Positions 26,742 to 37,416 are shown, counted from the first letter of the stretch. The stretch: 53,075 nt of DNA from Flavobacteriaceae bacterium (GCA_036170135.1 JAVHOP010000010.1:1-53075); one strand, 5' to 3'. Numbers and translations: made by a program. The notes: a model not told the origin generated them from the sequence alone.

Positions 26742-27854
26742 TTAAGAACGTCTAGACTCTTTGATCATTGTAATAAAATCGTCAAACAAATAGTCAGAAT
26801 CGTGTGGGCCCGGACTTGCTTCGGGATGGTATTGAACCGAAAAACAATATTTATTTTTAACACGCAAACCCGCAACAGTTTGATCGTTTAAATGGATATG
26901 TGTAATTTCTAAGTTTTTATTTTTTAAAACAGATTCTTTATCTACTACAAATCCGTGATTTTGAGAGGTCACTTCACATTTTCCTGTCAACAAATTCTTT
27001 ACCGGATGGTTGATTCCGCGATGCCCATTGTGCATCTTATAAGTTTCGATGCCATTTGCAAGTGCAATAATTTGATGTCCTAAACAAATGCCAAATAGCG
27101 GTAAATTTTTGTTTATTATTATTTTAGCGAGTTCTTGTGCTCCTTTTAAAGGTTTGGGATCTCCAGGACCATTCGATAAAAAATAGCCATCGGCATTAAA
27201 ATCTGCCATATCATCAAAAGAAGCATCAAATGGAAAAATTTTAATACAGCAATCTCTTTTGGCAAAATTTTTAAGAATGTTTCGTTTAATACCCAAATCT
27301 AAGGCAGCAATTTTATAGGAAGCATTGGCATCACCATAAAAATATGCTCGCTTTGTTGATACTTTTGAAGCCAATTCTAAGCCAACCATATTTGGGACAT
27401 TTTGTAACTTTTTCTGCAATAAATTAATATCGACTATATCGGTTGAAATGATGGCATTCATGGCGCCCTTATCTCGAATATGTCTCACTAAAGCGCGTGT
27501 ATCAACGTCTGAAATAGCTACTAAATTGTGTTTTACAAACCAATTGAAAAGGGAGTCGGTTGCATTGGTCCTAGAATAATTAAAACTAAAATTTCGACAA
27601 ATTAATCCGGAAATCTTAATCCCATCCGACTCAACTTCTTCATCATTAATACCATAATTGCCGATATGCGCATTTGTAGCGACCATTAATTGTCCAAAAT
27701 AAGACGGGTCTGTAAATATTTCTTGGTAGCCTGTAGTTCCGGTATTGAAACATATTTCGCCAACAGCCTCACCTTTTATACCAATTGATTTACCTTCAAA
27801 GATGGTTCCATCTTCTAATAGCAATAAGGCTTTATCTTGCAAATTGTATTCCAT
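26742..27854 (-). CDS. carA: Carbamoyl-phosphate synthase small (glutaminase) subunit
   Basis: GICLGHQ nucleophile motif and QYHPEASPGPHD in 370 aa. No carB is present in the window. Confidence 0.95.
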   Translation of the reverse strand: MEYNLQDKALLLLEDGTIFEGKSIGIKGEAVGEICFNTGTTGYQEIFTDPSYFGQLMVATNAHIGNYGINDEEVESDGIKISGLICRNFSFNYSRTNATDSLFNWFVKHNLVAISDVDTRALVRHIRDKGAMNAIISTDIVDINLLQKKLQNVPNMVGLELASKVSTKRAYFYGDANASYKIAALDLGIKRNILKNFAKRDCCIKIFPFDASFDDMADFNADGYFLSNGPGDPKPLKGAQELAKIIINKNLPLFGICLGHQIIALANGIETYKMHNGHRGINHPVKNLLTGKCEVTSQNHGFVVDKESVLKNKNLEITHIHLNDQTVAGLRVKNKYCFSVQYHPEASPGPHDSDYLFDDFITMIKESRRS

Positions 27855-27882
27855 TGATTTAATTCCAATTTTTAAAATTGAT

Positions 27883-28545
27883 TTAAAGTGTAGTATAATA
27901 CTTTAATATTTTGGTTACATCACTTTCTTTATTATAAGATAGTTTGTTTTGCTTAACAAAAGCCTCAATTAAGTTTGATTCATTCAAAAATAAATTGAGA
28001 ATATTTTTTTTATTTAAATTAAAATTTGAAAGGATTTCTTGCTTAAAAAAAATTGCATATTTTTCTTTAGGACTATAAGTATTTGGCGTTGTATTCCCAT
28101 TTAGTGGGTTATAGGTTCCTTGTTTAACTACCAGCGTAAATGTTTTATAAAATGAAACTTTATTAGATTCAAAAAGTACCTGAGAAAATTTTTTATTTTT
28201 TAAAACATCATATTTAAAAGTATCGTTATCAATTTTTACTGAATCGATAGCAATTTGCTCAATTTTAAAAATGCTATCCTTTGAAACTTTAATTTCGAAT
28301 TGTCCAGATTCTATATTTAAATTGATTCCAGCAACTAAATAAATTTCAGCAGTTGTATAAATTAGGCCGCTTTTATCCCATTTATCGTACAGATAAGCAC
28401 TACCTGAAAAATTATCTCTAAGTTCAAATCTCACTTTACCATTCATATCACCTTCACTACTAATAAGATTACTCAATGCTTTTTGAGCGAAAACTGAACT
28501 ACTGACAAAAAATAAAAATGCAAAGCAATAATTTAATAGTTTCAT
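27883..28545 (-). CDS. Hypothetical secreted protein
   Basis: Signal peptide MKLLNYCFAFLFFVSSSVFAQ. I prefer the start at 28545, because the longer ORF start at 28593 runs into the rplQ terminator. No recognisable motifs. Confidence 0.6.
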   Translation of the reverse strand: MKLLNYCFAFLFFVSSSVFAQKALSNLISSEGDMNGKVRFELRDNFSGSAYLYDKWDKSGLIYTTAEIYLVAGINLNIESGQFEIKVSKDSIFKIEQIAIDSVKIDNDTFKYDVLKNKKFSQVLFESNKVSFYKTFTLVVKQGTYNPLNGNTTPNTYSPKEKYAIFFKQEILSNFNLNKKNILNLFLNESNLIEAFVKQNKLSYNKESDVTKILKYYTTL

Positions 28546-28586
28546 TTGGAGATGATTTAGATTAAAGTATAAAATTATTAAAAAAA

Positions 28587-28610
28587 AAGACAAACCTTAC
28601 AGTTTGTCTT
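28587..28610 (-). terminator. Rho-independent terminator ending the ribosomal superoperon (after rplQ)
   Basis: AAGACAAAC (28587-28595) / GTTTGTCTT (28602-28610) stem. On the minus strand it is followed by a run of 8 T. Confidence 0.85.
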
Positions 28611-28635
28611 TTTTAATATTTAGAAAATCCAAAAT

Positions 28636-29121
28636 TTATACATTTTCTTTTGGAGTTTCTTCAATAGATTCTTTTGCTTCGGCAGCAACAGCCTCAACTT
28701 TGCTGGTTTTTCCTTTTCTTCTGGTAGCTTTTTTAGCTTTCTTACCATTAGGATTATAAATTTCGTTATAATCAACCAATTCAACCATCGCCATATCGGC
28801 ATTATCGCCTTGACGACTACCAAGTTTTATAATTCTTAAATAACCACCTGGTCTCTCGGCAATTTTAGTAGCAATATCTCTAAAAAGTTCAGTTATAGTG
28901 TCTTTATCTCTTAAATAGCTAAAAACAATTCTTCTGTTATGTGTATTATCAACTTTAGATTTAGTTAATAATGGTTCAATATATTGACGTAAAGCTTTGG
29001 CTTTAGCCAAGGTAGTATTAATACGTTTATGTGCTATTAAAGAGCAAGCCATATTAGCAAGCATCGATCTTCTGTGTGATGCTGTTCTACCTAAGTGATT
29101 AAATTTTTTTCCGTGTCTCAT
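28636..29121 (-). CDS. rplQ: 50S ribosomal protein L17, with a Lys/Ala-rich C-terminal tail
   Basis: [24 protein letters not shown]. Confidence 0.97.
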   Translation of the reverse strand: MRHGKKFNHLGRTASHRRSMLANMACSLIAHKRINTTLAKAKALRQYIEPLLTKSKVDNTHNRRIVFSYLRDKDTITELFRDIATKIAERPGGYLRIIKLGSRQGDNADMAMVELVDYNEIYNPNGKKAKKATRRKGKTSKVEAVAAEAKESIEETPKENV

Positions 29122-29150
29122 TTTACAATTAACTTTTAACCAAAAGGTTG

Positions 29151-30143
29151 TTAGTCTCTATCTAATTTATATTTACCTAAATCCATTCCAAAATTCAAAC
29201 CTTTAATATTTACAAGTTCATCTAACTCTGTTAAAGATTTTTTGCCGAAATTTCTAAATTTCATTAAATCGTTTTTATTGAATGATACCAAATCACCAAG
29301 CGTATCAACTTCGGCAGCTTTTAAGCAGTTTAATGCTCTTACTGATAAGTCCATATCTACTAATCTAGTTTTTAATAATTGGCGCATGTGCAATGATTCT
29401 TCATCATAAGATTCAGTTTCAGCAATTTCATCCGCTTCAAGTGTAATACGTTCGTCAGAGAATAACATAAAGTGGTGAATCAATATCTTAGCAGCTTCGG
29501 TTAAAGCTTCTTTAGGATTGATAGAACCATCAGTTTGGATATCGAAAACTAGTTTTTCATAGTCGGTTTTTTGCTCAACGCGAAAATTTTCGATTGCATA
29601 TTTCACGTTTATTATAGGCGTAAAAATTGAGTCGATAAAGATAGTTCCTAAAGCTGCATTTGCTTTTTTATTATCATCTGATAAAACAAAGCCCCGTCCT
29701 TTTTCAATAGCAATTTCGAAATCTAATTTTACAGATTTTTCCATATTACAAATCACTAAATTTGGATTTAGTATTTGAAAACCTGAAATAAATTTTTGTA
29801 AATCGCCTGCAGTAAGTTGTTCTTGACCTTTAATACTTATGGTAGCTATTTCGCTATCGGTATCTTCAATTTGTCTTTTAAAGCGGACTTGTTTTAAGTT
29901 TAAAACCATTTCGGTTACGTCTTCAACCACGCCTTTAATTGTAGAGAATTCATGTTCAACGCCTTCTACTCTTAAAGAGGTAATTGCATAACCTTCTAAT
30001 GTTGATAATAAAACTCTTCTCAATGCATTTCCTACAGTTAGTCCGTAACCTGGTTCAAGGGGTCTGAACTCAAATCTACCAGTTGTTTTAGTAGATTCTA
30101 GCATAATAACCTTATCGGGTCTTTGAAAATTTAAAATTGCCAT
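29151..30143 (-). CDS. rpoA: DNA-directed RNA polymerase alpha subunit
   Basis: 330 aa with [10 protein letters not shown] and the CTD motif [10 protein letters not shown]. Confidence 0.97.
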   Translation of the reverse strand: MAILNFQRPDKVIMLESTKTTGRFEFRPLEPGYGLTVGNALRRVLLSTLEGYAITSLRVEGVEHEFSTIKGVVEDVTEMVLNLKQVRFKRQIEDTDSEIATISIKGQEQLTAGDLQKFISGFQILNPNLVICNMEKSVKLDFEIAIEKGRGFVLSDDNKKANAALGTIFIDSIFTPIINVKYAIENFRVEQKTDYEKLVFDIQTDGSINPKEALTEAAKILIHHFMLFSDERITLEADEIAETESYDEESLHMRQLLKTRLVDMDLSVRALNCLKAAEVDTLGDLVSFNKNDLMKFRNFGKKSLTELDELVNIKGLNFGMDLGKYKLDRD

Positions 30144-30156
30144 AGTTATTTTATCA

Positions 30157-30762
30157 TTATTTAGAGTATAACTCTACGATTAGTTGTTCTTTAATATTTT
30201 CAGGAATCTGAATTCTTTCTGGAATATTAACAAAAGTTCCCATTTTGGTTTCGCTATTCCAAGTTAGCCATTCGTAAACACTTTTGCTATTATTTAAAGA
30301 GTCGTCAATTGTTGATAGTGATTTAGATTTTTCTCTAACAGCTATAACATCATTTGGTTTTAAAGCATAAGATGGAATGTTTACAATGTTACCATTTACG
30401 GTAATGTGTCGGTGTGATACTAATTGACGCGCTGCTCTTCTAGAAGGAGCAATGCCCATTCTATAAACAACGTTGTCTAATCTTGATTCACAAAGTTGCA
30501 ATAAAATTTCACCAGTAATACCTTTACTACTTGAAGCTTTCTCAAAAATATTTCTAAACTGACGTTCTAAAATACCATAGGTATATTTTGCTTTTTGTTT
30601 TTCTTGTAGCTGAATTGCGTACTCCGATTTTTTACCGCGACGTCTTGTGCTACCATGTTGTCCTGGAGGAAAATTTCTCTTTTCAAAAGATTTATCTTCT
30701 CCAAAGATAGCTTCGCCAAATTTGCGAGCTATTTTAGTTTGTGGTCCTGTATATCTTGCCAT
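30157..30762 (-). CDS. rpsD: 30S ribosomal protein S4
   Basis: [17 protein letters not shown] and an S4 RNA-binding domain. Confidence 0.97.
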   Translation of the reverse strand: MARYTGPQTKIARKFGEAIFGEDKSFEKRNFPPGQHGSTRRRGKKSEYAIQLQEKQKAKYTYGILERQFRNIFEKASSSKGITGEILLQLCESRLDNVVYRMGIAPSRRAARQLVSHRHITVNGNIVNIPSYALKPNDVIAVREKSKSLSTIDDSLNNSKSVYEWLTWNSETKMGTFVNIPERIQIPENIKEQLIVELYSK

Positions 30763-30850
30763 TTCAATTTGTTTTTAAGATAGGGTTATGAATTAAGGCT
30801 TACTCCTTCGATAACCAATAAAATCTATCTTTATTGTTAAAATTATTTAA
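30763..30850 (-). promoter_or_regulatory. Structured rpsK-rpsD spacer, a candidate S4 autoregulatory leader
   Basis: Three nested stems on the mRNA strand. They are AGATAG/CTATCT (30777-30783 with 30825-30831), GGTTAT/ATAACC (30784-30789 with 30811-30816) and AAGG/CCTT (30795-30798 with 30805-30808). The structure ends about 15 nt before the rpsD ATG. Confidence 0.4.
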
Positions 30851-31234
30851 TTATACTCTTCTGCGTTTTGGTGGGCGACAACCATTGTGAGGTTGTGGCG
30901 TTACATCTATAATTTCGGTAACTTCTATACCGCTATTATGAATAGATCTAATGGCAGATTCTCTACCATTACCTGGACCTTTAACGTAAACTTTTACTTT
31001 TCTTAAACCTGCTTCGTGAGCAACTTTTGCACAATCTTCTGCGGCTGTTTGAGCGGCATAAGGTGTGTTCTTTTTAGAGCCTCTAAAGCCTTGCTTGCCT
31101 GCAGTTGACCATGAAATAACATCACCACTTTTGTTTGTCAAAGAAATGATAATATTATTAAATGAGGCGTTAATATGTGCTTCGCCCACAGATTCAATAA
31201 CAACTTTGCGTTTTTTTGTATTAGATTTCGCCAT
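30851..31234 (-). CDS. rpsK: 30S ribosomal protein S11
   Basis: [14 protein letters not shown] and the C-terminal [13 protein letters not shown]. Confidence 0.97.
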   Translation of the reverse strand: MAKSNTKKRKVVIESVGEAHINASFNNIIISLTNKSGDVISWSTAGKQGFRGSKKNTPYAAQTAAEDCAKVAHEAGLRKVKVYVKGPGNGRESAIRSIHNSGIEVTEIIDVTPQPHNGCRPPKRRRV

Positions 31235-31242
31235 GCTTTTTA

Positions 31243-31617
31243 TTATTTAGTTGCCTTCTTTTTGTTAGCTACAGTTTTACGTTTTCCCTTTCTGGTTCTA
31301 GAATTGTTTTTGGTGTGTTGGCCACGTAATGGCAAACCACTTCTATGACGGATACCTCTGTAACATCCAATATCCATTAATCGTTTAATGTTTATTTGAA
31401 CTTCAGAACGCAATTCGCCTTCAATCTTAAATTCTCCAACTTGTTGTCTGATGTTTGTTATTTCATCATCAGACCAATCTTGCACTTTTTTGTTTTCATC
31501 AACATTAGCGCTCGCTAAAATCTTTTTAGCTCTACTTTTTCCGACTCCAAAGATGTAAGTTAATCCGATAACTCCTCTTTTGAACTTTGGTAAGTCAACT
31601 CCTGCTATTCTTGCCAT
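31243..31617 (-). CDS. rpsM: 30S ribosomal protein S13
   Basis: [10 protein letters not shown] and YRGIRHR.GLP.RGQ.TK.N. Confidence 0.97.
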   Translation of the reverse strand: MARIAGVDLPKFKRGVIGLTYIFGVGKSRAKKILASANVDENKKVQDWSDDEITNIRQQVGEFKIEGELRSEVQINIKRLMDIGCYRGIRHRSGLPLRGQHTKNNSRTRKGKRKTVANKKKATK

Positions 31618-31619
31618 AA

Positions 31620-31736
31620 TTAGCCTTGTCTTTGTTTAAATCTAGGGTTCATTTTATTGATTACGTATAATCTGCCTTTTCTGCGAACAATCTTGCAGTC
31701 GGCGCTTCTTTTCTTTATTGATGTTCTAACTTTCAT
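31620..31736 (-). CDS. rpmJ: 50S ribosomal protein L36 (38 aa, non-zinc C- form), absent from the supplied ORF track
   Basis: Hand translation of the minus strand gives [38 protein letters not shown]. The ATG is at 31734-31736 and the TAA at 31620-31622, in the canonical position between infA and rpsM. Confidence 0.93.
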   Translation of the reverse strand: MKVRTSIKKRSADCKIVRRKGRLYVINKMNPRFKQRQG

Positions 31737-31747
31737 CGGTTATTGTT

Positions 31748-31963
31748 TTAATATCTATAAGTAATTCTTGCCTTACTTAAATCGTAAGGACTCATTTCTA
31801 ATTTTACTTTATCACCGGGTAATAACTTTATATAATGCATCCGCATTTTACCCGAAATATGTGCTGTTACTATATGTCCATTTTCCAATTCTACTCTAAA
31901 CATGGCATTAGATAATGCTTCTATTATGGTGCCGTCTTGTTCTATTGCAGATTGTTTAGCCAT
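31748..31963 (-). CDS. infA: Translation initiation factor IF-1
   Basis: 71 aa S1-like fold with [25 protein letters not shown]. Its start overlaps the secY stop (TAATG). Confidence 0.97.
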   Translation of the reverse strand: MAKQSAIEQDGTIIEALSNAMFRVELENGHIVTAHISGKMRMHYIKLLPGDKVKLEMSPYDLSKARITYRY

Positions 31964-33291
31964 TATGCAACACTTCTTTTTGTTCCTGTTTTCATTAATC
32001 CATCGTAATGACGGCTCAATAAGTGAGAGTTAATTTGTTGAATGGTATCGATAGCAACACCAACCATAATAATCAACGAAGTTCCTCCATAAAACATTGC
32101 CCAAGATTGTTGAACACCTAACATGCCAACAAACGTTGGTAAAATTGCAATAAGTGCTAAAAATATTGATCCGGGGAACGTTATTCTCGATAAAATTGTA
32201 TCGATAAATTCGCCTGTATCTTTTCCGGGTCTAATTCCTGGAACAAATCCACCACCGCGTTTTAAATCGTCAGCCATTTTATTGGTAGGAATGGTTATAG
32301 CCGTATAGAAATAACTAAATACAATTATCAATACGCCAAACACAAAGTTATACCAAAAGCCTTGCATATTGCTAAAGGTAACCCCAATTTGTTGCATGAT
32401 TTCCGATTCTGATAAACGTGTTAGAGTTACCGGCACGAACATAATAGCTTGTGCAAAAATTATAGGCATAACGCCTGCTGCATTTACTTTTAATGGAATG
32501 TATTGACGGGCTCCGGCTAAATCTTTAACATTGCCCGAAACCGTACGTTTTGCATATTGAACTGCAATTCTTCTAACAGCCGTTACTAAAAATACCGTAG
32601 CTAAAATTACTAAAAACCACAACACCATTTCTATGAGAATCATGATTAGCCCCCCATTAGATTGGGTAACTCTTGAACCGGCTTCTTGCATAAAAGCAGC
32701 TGGAAACCGCGCAATAATACCAACCATAATTAACAATGAAATCCCATTACCAATACCTTTATCAGTAATTTTTTCGCCTAACCACATTGCAAATATAGTT
32801 CCGGCAGTTAGCAATACCATTGATGATAACCAAAACATACCACCTCCTAATAAAAAGGTGCTACTTGGTAAAGTTTGTTGTAAATTTACAATATACGCTG
32901 GACCCTGAACTACCGTTATGGCTATGGTCAACCAACGTGTAATTTGATTGATTGTTTTCCGACCGCTTTCGCCTTCTTTTTGAAGTTTTTGTAGATAAGG
33001 AACTGCAATACCCATTAATTGTACCACAATAGATGCTGAAATATATGGCATCACACCCAAAGCCATAATTGAAGCTTTAGAAAAAGCACCTCCAGTAAAG
33101 GCATTTAATAAACCTAAAAGTCCACCCGAAGTTTGGTTGGTTAAAGCAGTTAATTGATTTGGGTCTATACCAGGAAGTGGTACGTGAGCCATCAATCTAT
33201 AAACTGCCATAAATCCAAGAGTTAAAATGATTCTCGTTCTTAACTCATCAATTTTCCAGATGTCTTGAATAGTTGTAATAAATTTTTTCAT
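31963..33291 (-). CDS. secY: Preprotein translocase subunit SecY
   Basis: 442 aa, 10 TM segments, canonical position after rplO. Confidence 0.97.
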   Translation of the reverse strand: MKKFITTIQDIWKIDELRTRIILTLGFMAVYRLMAHVPLPGIDPNQLTALTNQTSGGLLGLLNAFTGGAFSKASIMALGVMPYISASIVVQLMGIAVPYLQKLQKEGESGRKTINQITRWLTIAITVVQGPAYIVNLQQTLPSSTFLLGGGMFWLSSMVLLTAGTIFAMWLGEKITDKGIGNGISLLIMVGIIARFPAAFMQEAGSRVTQSNGGLIMILIEMVLWFLVILATVFLVTAVRRIAVQYAKRTVSGNVKDLAGARQYIPLKVNAAGVMPIIFAQAIMFVPVTLTRLSESEIMQQIGVTFSNMQGFWYNFVFGVLIIVFSYFYTAITIPTNKMADDLKRGGGFVPGIRPGKDTGEFIDTILSRITFPGSIFLALIAILPTFVGMLGVQQSWAMFYGGTSLIIMVGVAIDTIQQINSHLLSRHYDGLMKTGTKRSVA

Positions 33292-33303
33292 TTACTTAGG
33301 GTA

Positions 33304-33756
33304 TTATAAAGTTACGGCAATACCTCCTACTGCTTCGATAGCATTTTTAGCGGTTGCTGTAAATTTATGAACGGTTACATTTAGTTTAGCTGTTAATACG
33401 CCTCTACCTAAAATTTTAACTAAGTCGTTTTTGCCAACAATTCCATTTTCGACTAAAATATCGAAAGATAGGGTATCGGTAATTTTACCTTCATTAACCA
33501 TATCTTGAATACGATCTAAATTAAGACCAACATATTCAATGCGGTTAATATTCTTAAATCCAAATTTAGGAAGACGACGTTGAATTGGCATTTGACCACC
33601 TTCAAAACCTATTTTTTTAGCATAACCAGAACGCGATTTTGCGCCTTTATTTCCTTTTGTTGCGGTTCCGCCTTTGCCAGATCCTTGTCCTCTACCAACT
33701 CTTTTACCTTTGGCAAATACTGAACCTGCGGCTGGTGTTAAATTATTTAAAATCAT
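33304..33756 (-). CDS. rplO: 50S ribosomal protein L15
   Basis: Gly/Lys-rich N-terminus with GRGQGSGKGGTA.KG.KG, in operon context. Confidence 0.96.
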   Translation of the reverse strand: MILNNLTPAAGSVFAKGKRVGRGQGSGKGGTATKGNKGAKSRSGYAKKIGFEGGQMPIQRRLPKFGFKNINRIEYVGLNLDRIQDMVNEGKITDTLSFDILVENGIVGKNDLVKILGRGVLTAKLNVTVHKFTATAKNAIEAVGGIAVTL

Positions 33757-33769
33757 AGTTTAATATCTC

Positions 33770-33955
33770 TTAATTAACTTCTTCTACAGAAATTAAATGT
33801 TTTACTTTATTTACCATTCCAATTATATTAGGAGTAGCTTCGTGAGAAACAACTTGACCTATTTTATGTAAACCTAGTGCCTCTAAATTTCTTCTTTGAT
33901 TTAGCGGACGGTTGATGATGCTTTTTACTTGCTTTAAAATTATCTTTTTTGCCAT
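33770..33955 (-). CDS. rpmD: 50S ribosomal protein L30
   Basis: 61 aa with LKQVKS.I.R....R..L.ALGL.K, in operon context. Confidence 0.95.
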   Translation of the reverse strand: MAKKIILKQVKSIINRPLNQRRNLEALGLHKIGQVVSHEATPNIIGMVNKVKHLISVEEVN

Positions 33956-33967
33956 CTTCTTTAAATT

Positions 33968-34492
33968 TTAACCATTAAATACTTTATGTAAAGATATCCC
34001 TCTTTGTTGTGCGATGGTAGAAGCGTCTCTCAGTTGCAATAAAGCATCAAAAGTAGCTTTTACTACGTTATGAGGATTAGATGAACCTTGCGATTTTGAT
34101 AATACATCGTGAATACCTACTGATTCTAATACCGCTCGCACAGCGCCACCGGCGATAACACCTGTACCGTGAGAAGCTGGTTTTAAATATACTTTAGCTC
34201 CACTAAATTTACCTTTTTGCTCGTGAGGTATGGTTACTTTATCTAAAGGAATTCTAATTAGGTTTTTTTTGGCATCTTCAATAGCTTTTGCAATTGCAGA
34301 AGCAACATCTTTAGATTTTCCCAAACCGTGTCCTACTACGCCTGCTTCATTACCAACTACAACAATAGCTGAAAATCCAAAAGCGCGACCTCCTTTAGTG
34401 ACTTTGGTAACTCTTTGTACGCCAACCAATTTATCGACTAATTCTAGTCCTACTGGTTTAACTCGTTCTACGTTATTATATTTTTGATACAT
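33968..34492 (-). CDS. rpsE: 30S ribosomal protein S5
   Basis: RV.KV.KGGR.F.F.A.VVVGN..G.VG.G.GK. Confidence 0.97.
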   Translation of the reverse strand: MYQKYNNVERVKPVGLELVDKLVGVQRVTKVTKGGRAFGFSAIVVVGNEAGVVGHGLGKSKDVASAIAKAIEDAKKNLIRIPLDKVTIPHEQKGKFSGAKVYLKPASHGTGVIAGGAVRAVLESVGIHDVLSKSQGSSNPHNVVKATFDALLQLRDASTIAQQRGISLHKVFNG

Positions 34493-34498
34493 AATTTA

Positions 34499-34852
34499 CT
34501 AAAATTTTAATCCTGCTTCTCTAGCGCCATCGGCTAAAGCTTTAACTCTACCATGGTATAAATAACCATTTCTATCAAAAGCACAAGTTGTGAGACCTGC
34601 TTTAGTTGCTTTTTCGCCTATTATTTTACCAACGGCTGCAGCTTTTTCTAGTTTAGCGCCTGAATTAGCTATTTCTTTTTCTCTTGAAGAAACTGCTAAT
34701 AGGGTTTTTCTAGATACATCGTCTATTAATTGTGCGTAAATATCTTTGTTACTTCTAAACACCACCAATCGGGGTTTAGTTGCCGTACCAGAAACAATTT
34801 TTCTGATTCTTAGTTTTATTCTTTGTCTTCTTTGAAGCTTAGATAATGCCAT
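34499..34852 (-). CDS. rplR: 50S ribosomal protein L18
   Basis: PRL.VFRSNK.IYAQ.IDD and FDR.GY.YHGR.KA.A..ARE.GL.F. Confidence 0.97.
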   Translation of the reverse strand: MALSKLQRRQRIKLRIRKIVSGTATKPRLVVFRSNKDIYAQLIDDVSRKTLLAVSSREKEIANSGAKLEKAAAVGKIIGEKATKAGLTTCAFDRNGYLYHGRVKALADGAREAGLKF

Positions 34853-34866
34853 AATCTCTTAATTTA

Positions 34867-35409
34867 TTATGCAGTTTTACCTGCTTTTTTACGTAATTGT
34901 TCTCCAACATATTTAACACCTTTACCTTTATATGGTTCTGGTTTTCTATAAGAACGTATTTTAGCTGCAACTTGTCCTACTAATTGTTTATCATTAGATG
35001 ATAATTTAATTATTGGATTTTTACCTTTATCAGAAACAGTTTCTACTTTAACTTCATCGGCTACTTCTATTACGATATTATGAGAATATCCTAAGGCTAG
35101 TTCTAATCTCTGATTTTGATTAGAAGCTCTATAACCTACGCCTACTAATTCAAGTTCTTTTTTCCAACCGTTAGAAACACCTTCAATCATGTTAAAAATT
35201 AAAGCGCGATATAGACCGTGTTTAGATTTAATTTCTTTATCTTCTGAGGCTCTTTCAACAGTTATGATACCTTCTTCAATTTTTACATTAATGGAATCAA
35301 TTTCTTGTTTTAGTTCACCTAATTTGCCTTTTACAGTAATTACGCCATTTTCAAAAGTAACGTTTACACCAGCAGGTATGTTTATTGGATTATTTCCTAT
35401 TCTAGACAT
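34867..35409 (-). CDS. rplF: 50S ribosomal protein L6
   Basis: MSRIG..PI.IP.GV, the two-domain L6 pattern, and PEPYKGKG..Y. Confidence 0.97.
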   Translation of the reverse strand: MSRIGNNPINIPAGVNVTFENGVITVKGKLGELKQEIDSINVKIEEGIITVERASEDKEIKSKHGLYRALIFNMIEGVSNGWKKELELVGVGYRASNQNQRLELALGYSHNIVIEVADEVKVETVSDKGKNPIIKLSSNDKQLVGQVAAKIRSYRKPEPYKGKGVKYVGEQLRKKAGKTA

Positions 35410-35421
35410 CTTATACTTATT

Positions 35422-35820
35422 TTAATAAACGTAACATAAAACTTCGCCACCTACATTATCAACACGCGCTTGCTTATTAGTCATCACACCTTTAGATGTA
35501 GAAACAATAGCAATTCCTAAGCCATTTAAAACTCTAGGCATATCTTCTGAACTTGAGTATTTTCTCAAACCAGGAGTACTGATTCTTTGAAGTTTTTTTA
35601 TTACAGGTTCTTTTGTAATCTTGTCGTATTTAAGAGCAATTTTGATGGTACCTTGAACGGTATCTTCTAAAAATTTGTAACTTAAAATAAATCCTTGATC
35701 AAACAAGATTTTAGTAATTTCTTTTTTAAGTCCGGAAGAGGGAATATCTACAATTCGTTTTCCAGCACTTACAGCATTTCTAACTCTTGTTAAATAATCT
35801 GCTATTGGATCTGTATTCAT
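35422..35820 (-). CDS. rpsH: 30S ribosomal protein S8
   Basis: The canonical N-terminus MNTDPIADYLTRVRNA begins at the ATG at 35820. The 11-aa extension in the ORF track (start 35853) is not S8-like. Confidence 0.95.
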   Translation of the reverse strand: MNTDPIADYLTRVRNAVSAGKRIVDIPSSGLKKEITKILFDQGFILSYKFLEDTVQGTIKIALKYDKITKEPVIKKLQRISTPGLRKYSSSEDMPRVLNGLGIAIVSTSKGVMTNKQARVDNVGGEVLCYVY

Positions 35821-35894
35821 ATTTCTATTAAGTTTGCGGTTTTGGTATTTCAATCTGAACTATTCAGTTTAAAACCTGAAACCAATTAATAATT

Positions 35895-36164
35895 TTACCA
35901 GCTGGCTTTTCTTACACCAGGTATGAGTCCTTCGTTTGCCATTTCTCTAAAAGTAACACGACAGATTCCAAATTGGCGGATATATCCTTTTGGCCTTCCG
36001 GTTAATTTACAGCGATTATGCATACGTATTGGTGATGCGTTTTTAGGAAGCTTTTGTAAGCCTACTGAATCGCCTGCCAATTTTAAAGCTTTGCGTTTAG
36101 CTGCGTATTTAGCAACTATTTTTTTTCTCTTAACCTCACGGGCTTTCATTGATTCTTTAGCCAT
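35895..36164 (-). CDS. rpsN: 30S ribosomal protein S14 (long, non-zinc form)
   Basis: 89 aa ending [11 protein letters not shown], with no CxxC pairs. Confidence 0.96.
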   Translation of the reverse strand: MAKESMKAREVKRKKIVAKYAAKRKALKLAGDSVGLQKLPKNASPIRMHNRCKLTGRPKGYIRQFGICRVTFREMANEGLIPGVRKASW

Positions 36165-36167
36165 TGC

Positions 36168-36719
36168 TTAGTTTTTTTTAAATGGTAAACCTAATTGGGT
36201 TAATAATGATTTAGCTTCTTTATCGGTTGCTGCTGATGTTACAAAAGTAATATCCATACCGCCAATTTTATAAATTTTATCGATATTTATTTCTGGGAAA
36301 ATAATTTGTTCGGTAATACCTAAATTATAATTTCCTCTACCGTCAAATCCAGTTGAACTGATACCACTAAAGTCTCTAACTCTTGGTAATGCAGTGGTTA
36401 CTAAACGATCTAAAAATTCGTACATTTTTATATCGCGTAAGGTTACTTTAACGCCAACAGGCATTCCTTTGCGCAATTTAAATGCTGCAACGTCTTTTTT
36501 AGATAAAGTCGATATTGGTTTTTGACCAGTAATACTTGTTAATTCTTCAACTGCATACTCTATTAATTTCTTATCGGCTATAGCCGCGCCAACACCTTTG
36601 CTAATTACAATTTTTTGTAATTTAGGCACTTGCATCACGTTTTTATAACCATATTCGTTTGTAAGCGCTTTTATGATAGTGCTCTTATAAACTTCTTTAA
36701 GTCTTGGTGTATATTCCAT
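36168..36719 (-). CDS. rplE: 50S ribosomal protein L5
   Basis: PRL.E.Y and FDGRGNY.LG..EQ..FPE. Confidence 0.97.
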   Translation of the reverse strand: MEYTPRLKEVYKSTIIKALTNEYGYKNVMQVPKLQKIVISKGVGAAIADKKLIEYAVEELTSITGQKPISTLSKKDVAAFKLRKGMPVGVKVTLRDIKMYEFLDRLVTTALPRVRDFSGISSTGFDGRGNYNLGITEQIIFPEINIDKIYKIGGMDITFVTSAATDKEAKSLLTQLGLPFKKN

Positions 36720-36721
36720 AG

Positions 36722-37030
36722 CTATATAACTTCTCCAGATTTTTTAGAAAATCTCACTTTTTTGTCGCCTTCTACTTTAAATCCAACTCTAGTTGCTACG
36801 CCTTTTACAACGAGCATTAAATTAGAAATATGTAAAGAGGCTTCTTTTTTAACAATACCGCCTTGTGGACTTTGAGCGCTTGGTTTGGTATGTTTAGACA
36901 CCAAATTTACACCCTCTACAATTGCGCGGTTTTTGTCGCGAAATATTTCTCTTATTTTACCTTCTTTTCCTTTTTGTTCTCCAGCAATTACTTTTACTGT
37001 ATCACCAGATTTTAATTTTAACTTATTCAT
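36722..37030 (-). CDS. rplX: 50S ribosomal protein L24
   Basis: KOW motif GD.V.VI.G..KGK.G.I. Confidence 0.96.
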   Translation of the reverse strand: MNKLKLKSGDTVKVIAGEQKGKEGKIREIFRDKNRAIVEGVNLVSKHTKPSAQSPQGGIVKKEASLHISNLMLVVKGVATRVGFKVEGDKKVRFSKKSGEVI

Positions 37031-37042
37031 CTCAATAAGATT

Positions 37043-37414
37043 TTAAAGCACTTCTGGTGCTAATGATACAATTTTCATAAACTGCTTTTCACGCAATTCT
37101 CTAGCCACAGGACCAAAAACACGTGTGCCTCTCATTTCACCCGAAGTAGCATCTAAAAGAACACAGGCGTTATCATCGAATCTGATATATGATCCATCTT
37201 TACGTCTGATTTCTTTTTTTGTTCTAACAACTACCGCTTTAGCAACTTGTCCTTTTTTAATAGAACCGTTTGGGGTAGCGTCTTTAATAGCTACTACAAT
37301 TTTATCACCAATAGAAGCATATCTTCGGTTGGTTCCGCCTAATACTCTAATAACAAGTGCTTCTTTGGCTCCTGTATTATCGGCTACATTTAATCTTGAT
37401 TCTTGTTGTAACAT
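37043..37414 (-). CDS. rplN: 50S ribosomal protein L14
   Basis: [18 protein letters not shown]. Confidence 0.97.
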   Translation of the reverse strand: MLQQESRLNVADNTGAKEALVIRVLGGTNRRYASIGDKIVVAIKDATPNGSIKKGQVAKAVVVRTKKEIRRKDGSYIRFDDNACVLLDATSGEMRGTRVFGPVARELREKQFMKIVSLAPEVL

Positions 37415-37416
37415 AA

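Noticed and set aside
28620-28823. 67-aa minus-strand ORF overlapping the 3' end of rplQ in another frame.
   Set aside because: It overlaps the well-supported L17 reading frame and is a Lys-rich translation of the same A-rich tail, so there is no independent support.
35821-35853. 11-codon N-terminal extension of S8 (MKYQNRKLNRN) in the ORF track.
   Set aside because: S8 proteins begin at the conserved M-x-x-DPIAD motif, which starts at the ATG at 35820. The extension would consume the structured spacer.
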